Shown: positions 8,940 through 14,563 of the stretch, in pieces | How the letters are laid out: each line of letters opens with the position of its first letter | Position numbering within the stretch: position 1 is the first letter of the stretch | Origin: Cyanobium sp. NIES-981 | Lineage (GTDB): Bacteria > Bacteroidota > Bacteroidia > Cytophagales > Spirosomataceae | Length of the DNA stretch: 19,908 bases | Reading direction: 5' to 3' | Assembly: GCA_943368815.1 (NCBI GenBank) | Contig: CALRLS020000033.1 | Span: 1 to 19,908, forward strand | Notes under the pieces: generated by a model | What the model was told of the DNA's origin: nothing | Seen by the model: the letters and a program-made list of their open reading frames with translations, nothing else | Database searches by the model: none | Translations under genes and position numbers: made by a program

Positions 8940-9638
8940 ATGACTATAGGAATCATGCAACCTTACATTTTTCCCTATATTGGTTATTTTCAGCTAATCA
9001 ATAGAGTAGATAAATTCATAGTTTATGACGATGTAGCGTATATCAATAAAGGCTGGATAAACCGCAATAATGTTCTGATAGGTGGGAAAGCCTCTCTTTT
9101 TACGCTACCATTAATCAGTGCAAGTCAGAACCGGTTAATCAGAGATATTGAAATAGATAATCTGGAAACCTGGAGCAAGAAGTTTTTCAAGACCATTGAA
9201 CAATCTTATAAAAAAGCCCCTTTCTATCACGAGACTTTGGCTATTCTTACACAGGTTTTTCAGTCAAACCCTGCTAATATTGCAGAGTTATGTACAACAA
9301 GCCTTAAAGAAACTTGCAAATATCTCAATATTGCTACTGAAATTGTTGATAGTTCGATTATATATAAAAACGAGCATCTGAAAGCACAGGAGCGTATTTT
9401 AGATATTTGCCTGCAGGAAAAAGCTGACCATTATATCAATCCCATCGGCGGAATGGCCATCTATGACAAACAACTTTTTGCCGATAATAAAATCTTACTT
9501 AATTTTATCAAATCGAAACCCATTCAATACAAGCAATTCAACAATGAATTTGTACCCTGGATGTCGATGATTGACCTATTGATGTTTTGCTCTATCGAAG
9601 CAATTCATGCGTATTTAAAAGAATTTGAGTTGGTTTAA
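8940..9638 (+). CDS. WbqC-family protein (function unknown; family typically found in polysaccharide loci)
   Basis: 232 aa. The N-terminus MTIGIMQPYIFPYIGYFQLINRVDKFIVYDDVAYINKGWINRN matches my memory of the WbqC-like family signature (IMQPxxFPYxGYFxLI...DDVQY.K.GW.NRN). Starts 3 nt after the upstream stop. Confidence 0.85.
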   Translation: MTIGIMQPYIFPYIGYFQLINRVDKFIVYDDVAYINKGWINRNNVLIGGKASLFTLPLISASQNRLIRDIEIDNLETWSKKFFKTIEQSYKKAPFYHETLAILTQVFQSNPANIAELCTTSLKETCKYLNIATEIVDSSIIYKNEHLKAQERILDICLQEKADHYINPIGGMAIYDKQLFADNKILLNFIKSKPIQYKQFNNEFVPWMSMIDLLMFCSIEAIHAYLKEFELV

Positions 9639-9652
9639 AACAAAAAATCTAA

Positions 9653-10318
9653 ATGGCAAAAGTAATAGTTTTCGGTACCGAATTAGTGGCAGAATTAGCC
9701 CATTATTATCTCACACATGACTCGGAGCATGAAATTGTAGCATTCACAAAAAACAGAGCATATATTAAAGAAGGCGAAACGTCTTTTTGTGGCATACAAT
9801 TGGTAGCATTCGAAGATGTACCTGACTTATTCCCACCATCAGAATATAAATTTTTTGCCCCATTGAGCGAACGTAAAATGAACCAGATACGGGCAAAAGT
9901 TTATGGTGAAATCAAGGAATTGGGTTATGATTGTATCTCTTATATCAGCTCAAAAGCTACCGTTTTGACCGACCAGATTGGCGAAAACTGTTTTATATTA
10001 GAAGACAATACCATTCAACCTTTCGTAAAAATCGGCAATAATGTAGTACTTTGGAGTGGTAATCATATCGGGCATCATGGCGAAATCAAAGACCATGTTT
10101 ATTTTACTTCTCATGTAGTGCTTTCAGGCCGTTGCGTGGTAGGTGAGTATTCATTCTTTGGTGTTAATGCCACTATTCGTGATGGCTGTACTTTAGGAGA
10201 AGGCACTCTCATAGCTATGGGCGCTAACCTGACCAAATCGAAAACAGAGCCATGGAGTATCTGGAAAGGTAATCCGGCTGTGAAATCTGATGTTTCGAGT
10301 AAGGATATTAATTTGTAA
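9653..10318 (+). CDS. NeuD/PglD-family sugar acyl(acetyl)transferase (left-handed beta-helix)
   Basis: 221 aa. N-terminal Rossmann-like KVIVFGTELVAELAHYYL...EIVAFT. Hexapeptide repeats follow (IGENCFI, IGNNVVL, IGHHGEI, VGEYSFFGVNATI, LGEGTLI). 14 nt downstream of the WbqC gene. Confidence 0.8.
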   Translation: MAKVIVFGTELVAELAHYYLTHDSEHEIVAFTKNRAYIKEGETSFCGIQLVAFEDVPDLFPPSEYKFFAPLSERKMNQIRAKVYGEIKELGYDCISYISSKATVLTDQIGENCFILEDNTIQPFVKIGNNVVLWSGNHIGHHGEIKDHVYFTSHVVLSGRCVVGEYSFFGVNATIRDGCTLGEGTLIAMGANLTKSKTEPWSIWKGNPAVKSDVSSKDINL

Positions 10319-10331
10319 ACATATTCTTAGC

Positions 10332-10357
10332 AAGAGAGGGATTCCTCTCTTTTTTAT
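10332..10357 (+). terminator. Rho-independent terminator after the acyltransferase gene
   Basis: AAGAGAGG (10332-10339) pairs with CCTCTCTT (10344-10351). GATT loop, then a T-run. A weaker second hairpin, CCATAG/CTATGG plus TTTTTT, lies at 10391-10422. Confidence 0.7.
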
Positions 10358-10470
10358 TAACATATTATGATTTCCATTAGATAAACTAATCCATAGAATA
10401 TCCCTTTTTCCTATGGTTTTTTCAGCAAAAATCTTGAACTTTGACGCTTTAACATAGATTATATCACATA

Positions 10471-11358
10471 ATGACTCAATTTTTTGACCAATTAATTTGC
10501 CCGAAAACCAGAAGTAAACTTGTTCTGTCGGCCGATGGCAAAACACTTCATAATACCTCTCAGGAAGAACCCATCTCTTATGACATAAATAACATTGTAG
10601 ACTTAGTTTATCCGAAAGAACTTTTCGAGCAGGATCGTAAAGAACAGGTAGCCTATAATGATGCTCACTCACGTTACGACCGTGGGGTTTCATGGGTATT
10701 TGAGTCTTTACATGCCAACGAGGCTGCTACACGCAAGACCATGATTGGAATGTTGAAGCTAAAGCCGGGCATGAAGGTGTTAGAAGTAGGTGCAGGTACA
10801 GGAAAAGATTCAGCGTTTATTATTAATAAAATTACCCCCGGTGGTCATGCTGTTTTGTCTGATTTGTCTCCTGCTATGTTGGGTCATGCCAAAGAGAAAT
10901 TTGCAGATAAGAAAGATGTACAGATAGATTATTTCATTGGTAATGGTGCCTATTTACCATTTGAGGATAATTATTTTGATGCCGTTTTCCATTTTGGTGG
11001 TATCAATACATTTTCTGAAAGAGCCAAAGCTTTTGAAGAATTTAACCGTGTAGTCAAAGTAGGAGGCAGAGTAGTAGTAGGTGACGAAAGCGTAGGTGCA
11101 TGGTTAAGAGACCAGAAAACCTATCAGATATTAATGGATGCGAACCCTATGTTTGCTGATCAGGTACCATTACAGGACTTACCGAAGAACGTGAAAGATG
11201 TAAAATTACAGTGGATTTTCGGTAACGGTTATTATGTATTAGAGTTTAAGAAAACCAAAAAGGCGCCGACAGTAAACGTAAATCTTCAGATACCGGGGAA
11301 AGATTTTAAAGACAATTGGCGTATACGTGCGGAGAGAAACAGAAAAGCTCGGAAGTAA
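10471..11358 (+). CDS. Class I SAM-dependent methyltransferase with N-terminal Trm112-like segment
   Basis: 295 aa. Motif I is VLEVGAGTGKDS, with an acidic residue after beta-2 (LSDLSP). Also has FDAVFHFGG and GGRVVVGD. The N-terminus LICPKTRSKLVL...ISYDINNIVDLV resembles Trm112/UPF0434 strands. Confidence 0.8.
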   Translation: MTQFFDQLICPKTRSKLVLSADGKTLHNTSQEEPISYDINNIVDLVYPKELFEQDRKEQVAYNDAHSRYDRGVSWVFESLHANEAATRKTMIGMLKLKPGMKVLEVGAGTGKDSAFIINKITPGGHAVLSDLSPAMLGHAKEKFADKKDVQIDYFIGNGAYLPFEDNYFDAVFHFGGINTFSERAKAFEEFNRVVKVGGRVVVGDESVGAWLRDQKTYQILMDANPMFADQVPLQDLPKNVKDVKLQWIFGNGYYVLEFKKTKKAPTVNVNLQIPGKDFKDNWRIRAERNRKARK

Positions 11359-11648
11359 TGAATAGAAGAACTATTAATATTATTCAAAACTATTTTCGTA
11401 CTAAACCAGTACGAAAGGCGTATGTTTTTGGCTCTTATGCCAGAAATGAGCAAACAAAAAATAGTGATCTGGATATATTAGTAGATATTGATTCGAACGA
11501 AAATGTAAGTCTTTTTGAATTCGGAAGAATGCTTGAAGATTTAAAAGAACTCCTTAAAGTTGAAATTGATTTAGTGGCTGAGGACGGTTTATCTAAACAT
11601 ATCAGACCTTTCATTGAAAAAGATAAAGTCTTAATTTATGAAAGGTAG
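11358..11648 (+). CDS. mntA: MntA-type minimal nucleotidyltransferase (type VII antitoxin)
   Basis: 96 aa from the ATG at 11358. GSYARNEQTKNSDLDILV matches the GSxxRGx...DxD NTase motif. Its start overlaps the upstream stop as TAATG. The longer ORF from 11316 adds a non-conserved extension lying inside the methyltransferase gene. Confidence 0.85.
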   Translation: MNRRTINIIQNYFRTKPVRKAYVFGSYARNEQTKNSDLDILVDIDSNENVSLFEFGRMLEDLKELLKVEIDLVAEDGLSKHIRPFIEKDKVLIYER

Positions 11649-11985
11649 ATTTGGAGATTTGCAGAGAGCACAGCATATGCTTGAAGCAATTGTGGAAATA
11701 GAGAATTTTATAGGAGAGCTTACTTATGAGCAGTTTGAATCAAGCTCCCTTGTTCGCTCAGCTACGGAAAGACAATTAATAACAATCGGAGAAGCCTCTT
11801 TGCATTTATCAGAAGAAGTCAAAGAAAAATACAGTGAAATTGACTGGAGGGGCATGAAAGGTTTCAGAAATATTATGACACACGAATATTTCGGTATTTC
11901 AGTTAAAATGGTTTGGGTCGTTGTAATAAACGAACTACCTAAACTCAAAACAGTTGCCGGAAAAATAATAAAAGAACTTGAGTAA
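11638..11985 (+). CDS. hepT: HepT (DUF86) HEPN-domain RNase toxin
   Basis: 115 aa. RNIMTHEY matches the Rx4HxY HEPN motif. 11-nt overlap with mntA, the typical MntA-HepT bicistron arrangement. Confidence 0.85.
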   Translation: MKGRFGDLQRAQHMLEAIVEIENFIGELTYEQFESSSLVRSATERQLITIGEASLHLSEEVKEKYSEIDWRGMKGFRNIMTHEYFGISVKMVWVVVINELPKLKTVAGKIIKELE

Positions 11986-11990
11986 TAAAT

Positions 11991-12938
11991 ATGGAGAATT
12001 CAGGAATTTGGCAAAAGAAAGGAGTAATCTATAAACCGGATGGAACGCTTGCACATAGCCGTTCGCATGCGCAGGTGCCATATGCTTACAAACATAAAGA
12101 TTTTCTTAGAGTATATTTTTCTTCGCGAGATGATTATGGGCAATCCCGTCCGACATTTATTGATGTTGATTATGACGACCCGACTAAGATTCTCTATATC
12201 CACGATACTTTCGTATTGGATTTAGGGGGCCCGGGTGAATATGACGAAACGGGCGCTATGCCTGCATGGTTTGTACCCCAATCGAACGGCGATATCTGGC
12301 TGTATTATACAGGGTGGAATCGTACGCATAATTCTTACCGCCTTTCAATGGGTTTATCTGTCAGCACCGATGGTGGATTGAATTTCAAGAAAATGTTTCG
12401 TGGTCCTATTATGGATCGATCTATCCATAATCCTATCTGGGCAGCACAGCCATCAGTGATGTATGTGAATGGCCGATGGATGATGTGGCATATTTCCGGG
12501 CAGAAATGTGAATACATTCATGGTTATCCTGAACCTTTCTATGATTGTCGTGTAGCCGTATCTGAAGATGGTATTAAGTGGGAGTCTACAGGAGATGTTG
12601 CTTTGCCTTTTGATGATTTTCTTCATGCAGTGGGTCGGCCGAGTGTATCATTTGAAGATGGTATTTTTAAAATGTATTATTCATACCGCCATACCAGAGA
12701 TTACCGCACAGACCGTAACCAAAGCTATCGTTTGGGCTACGCTGAGTCAAAAGACGGTTTCAAATGGGAACGTAAGGATGATCTGGTGGGTATCCACAAA
12801 TCAGAAAATCCGGAAGATTTTGACTACCAGATGATAAATTATGCCCATAGTTATGAGCATAATAATAAGAAATATCTGTTATATAATGGGAATGGTTTCG
12901 GAGCGGCGGGCTTTGCCTATGCCGTTAAAGAAAAATAA
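11991..12938 (+). CDS. Five-bladed beta-propeller protein of the arabinanase/levansucrase/invertase superfamily (GH32/43/130-like), no signal peptide
   Basis: 315 aa. Repeated blade signatures: SVSTDGGLNFKK, AVSEDGIKWES, AESKDGFKWERK, plus WLYYTGW and FKMYYSY strands. The N-terminus MENSGIWQKKGVIYKP is hydrophilic. The exact family cannot be fixed by eye. Confidence 0.45.
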   Translation: MENSGIWQKKGVIYKPDGTLAHSRSHAQVPYAYKHKDFLRVYFSSRDDYGQSRPTFIDVDYDDPTKILYIHDTFVLDLGGPGEYDETGAMPAWFVPQSNGDIWLYYTGWNRTHNSYRLSMGLSVSTDGGLNFKKMFRGPIMDRSIHNPIWAAQPSVMYVNGRWMMWHISGQKCEYIHGYPEPFYDCRVAVSEDGIKWESTGDVALPFDDFLHAVGRPSVSFEDGIFKMYYSYRHTRDYRTDRNQSYRLGYAESKDGFKWERKDDLVGIHKSENPEDFDYQMINYAHSYEHNNKKYLLYNGNGFGAAGFAYAVKEK

Positions 12939-12962
12939 ATTACTTTTCTGATAAAAATCATT

Positions 12963-12991
12963 TTTGCGGTTCATTACAAGGTCTAATTTTG
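12963..12991 (+). promoter_or_regulatory. Possible Bacteroidota promoter for the dioxygenase gene (TTTG ... TAATTTTG)
   Basis: TTTG at 12963-12966 and TAATTTTG (TAnnTTTG) at 12984-12991. The 17-nt spacing is slightly short of the usual 19-21. 34 nt upstream of the ATG at 13025. Confidence 0.3.
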
Positions 12992-13024
12992 ACCTATTAT
13001 TTAATGTTTGAATGATTATATCTT

Positions 13025-13840
13025 ATGGAAACAATGAAAGAACAATTCAATAAAGACGGATTCGTAATTCTGAAAAATTTCTTCAATAAAGAAGAAATCA
13101 ACCAAATATATACAGAAGCCCGTCAACTTTTTGCCTTGCAGATAGAGCGCGTACTGGGCAAAAGTGTTGATATTGACAATAAAGATGAATTTGAGCAGGC
13201 AATGTTTGATTTGTTCGAGGCTGACTTCAATACCTTTGTCAGCACCGGCAAGCAGGCACAACACCTTATATCTTTGCACCGTTTTGGCACAGACCCTAAG
13301 CTTATCAACCTATTGAAATCGCTTGGTTATGATTTCCCGATGATAGGTGTACGACCTGCTATGCAGTTCAACAGTCGTTATCTGTCAAAAGGTGGAAGTC
13401 ACTGGAAATTAGGTGCACATCAGGACTGGCGCACTGGTCAGGGTTCTTTAGATAGTATCGTGATGTGGCTTCCTATGGTAGATTGTGGTGAAGCCCTGGG
13501 TTCATTACAAATTTTGCCCGGCAGCCATAAAGATGGATTATTGAAAGCCGATACATCAGGCTATTTAGGAAGCATTCAGGAAGAACTACCGGAAGATGCC
13601 TACGTTCAAACCGAATTTGAGGTAGGTGATTTACTTGTTTTCTCAGCGTTTCTGGTACACCGTTCGGGCGATAACGTTACTAAAAATATCCGTTGGTCTA
13701 TACAGCTTCGATATAATAATATGGCTGAGCCAACTTTCCAGGAAAGAGGTTTCCCGATGCCTTATATTTATAAGCCTGAGGCCGATCTCGTAACACCCGA
13801 TTTCCCGCAGAAACAACACCTGGAGGCAGTTTTCTCATAA
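13025..13840 (+). CDS. Phytanoyl-CoA dioxygenase (PhyH) family Fe(II)/2-oxoglutarate-dependent oxygenase
   Basis: 271 aa. N-terminal FNKDGFVILKNFF, HxD facial-triad motif in GAHQDW, and a distal His in LVHRSGDN followed by the IRWS arginine region. Confidence 0.8.
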   Translation: METMKEQFNKDGFVILKNFFNKEEINQIYTEARQLFALQIERVLGKSVDIDNKDEFEQAMFDLFEADFNTFVSTGKQAQHLISLHRFGTDPKLINLLKSLGYDFPMIGVRPAMQFNSRYLSKGGSHWKLGAHQDWRTGQGSLDSIVMWLPMVDCGEALGSLQILPGSHKDGLLKADTSGYLGSIQEELPEDAYVQTEFEVGDLLVFSAFLVHRSGDNVTKNIRWSIQLRYNNMAEPTFQERGFPMPYIYKPEADLVTPDFPQKQHLEAVFS

Positions 13841-13850
13841 GCAATAAGCG

Positions 13851-13877
13851 AATTAGTGATTGTGTGAATAAATAATT
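13851..13877. repeat. Second, partial copy of the GAGTGATT-type element
   Basis: AGTGATTGTGTGAAT (13855-13869) is identical to 3629-3643. The flanks also resemble each other (AATT before it; AAATAATT versus GAGTGATT after it). Both copies begin within about 15 nt of a stop codon. Confidence 0.5.
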
Positions 13878-13982
13878 TGGCTATCAATTTTTTAATTCCT
13901 CCACTTAAGCAAACTATTTTCGCTTTGCAACTCACACTAAATTAAGTGTCTTTTAAATAATCAAAATTCATAAGAATTCAAC

Positions 13983-14017
13983 AAAAAAATCGTTCACTTA
14001 CAAGGAACGATTTTTTT
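13983..14017 (+). terminator. Bidirectional-looking intrinsic terminator
   Basis: AAAAAAATCGTTC (13983-13995) and GAACGATTTTTTT (14005-14017) flank a 9-nt loop. The A-tract upstream and T-tract downstream would allow termination from either direction. Confidence 0.6.
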
Positions 14018-14066
14018 GTTTCCGTCAATCCAGACTTATTAATATTTACAAAAAAAATATTCAACT

Positions 14067-14099
14067 TTTGATAGAATTAGCAGATATTTCATACATTTG
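14067..14099 (+). promoter_or_regulatory. Bacteroidota sigma-A type promoter for the ftsL-like/PBP pair
   Basis: TTTG (14067-14070), a 21-nt spacer, then TACATTTG (14092-14099). This fits the TTTG-N19-21-TAnnTTTG consensus. 45 nt upstream of the ATG at 14144. Confidence 0.45.
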
Positions 14100-14143
14100 T
14101 TTTACAATCGTGCTTTAATAATAAACTTATAAACTTCTTCGGA

Positions 14144-14530
14144 ATGGCAACTAATACTTTTCGCCACCGTTCTGCGCCTGCTGTACCCAAGGCCAAGGCT
14201 CCACGCAAAGCCGGGCTTTTCGACCAGATTAACACATGGATAACTAATCGACTACATTTAGGTGATACACTTCCTACCGAAACACTCAAACGTATTGTTT
14301 GGTTAAGTGTTCTTTGTATTTTCTACATTTATGTTCAGCATAGTTACGAAGGTTTTATCAAAAAAATTGACCGTACACGTAATGAAATGGAAGAAAAAAG
14401 GGCAGAATATATTTCGCAGAAATCGCGTTATATGTTTGCCAGTAAACAATCTGAAATTGCCAAAAAACTGACAGATAAGGGCTTGGAAGAGAACATTACA
14501 CCTCCCATTAAAATAGTCGTAAAAGAATAA
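14144..14530 (+). CDS. Bacteroidota FtsL-like cell-division protein
   Basis: 128 aa. Single TM (IVWLSVLCIFYIYV) followed by a coiled-coil-like segment. C-terminal pattern RAEYISQKSRYMFASKQSEIAKKL..GL....PPIKIV is typical of the FtsL-like proteins that precede ftsI in Bacteroidota. Confidence 0.7.
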   Translation: MATNTFRHRSAPAVPKAKAPRKAGLFDQINTWITNRLHLGDTLPTETLKRIVWLSVLCIFYIYVQHSYEGFIKKIDRTRNEMEEKRAEYISQKSRYMFASKQSEIAKKLTDKGLEENITPPIKIVVKE

Positions 14531-14563
14531 TTTCCTATAATCCTCCGGTAAACTTCATAAATC

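Noticed and set aside
10193-10693. 166-aa minus-strand ORF spanning the acyltransferase/methyltransferase intergenic region
   Set aside because: It overlaps the 3' end of one well-supported plus-strand gene and the 5' end of another, and it runs through a plus-strand terminator hairpin. The sequence is Cys/His/Arg-rich with no family signature.
11316-11357. Upstream ATG giving a 110-aa version of the nucleotidyltransferase
   Set aside because: The extra 14 residues lie inside the methyltransferase gene and are not part of the conserved MntA fold. The ATG at 11358, in a TAATG stop/start overlap, gives the canonical ~96-aa protein.
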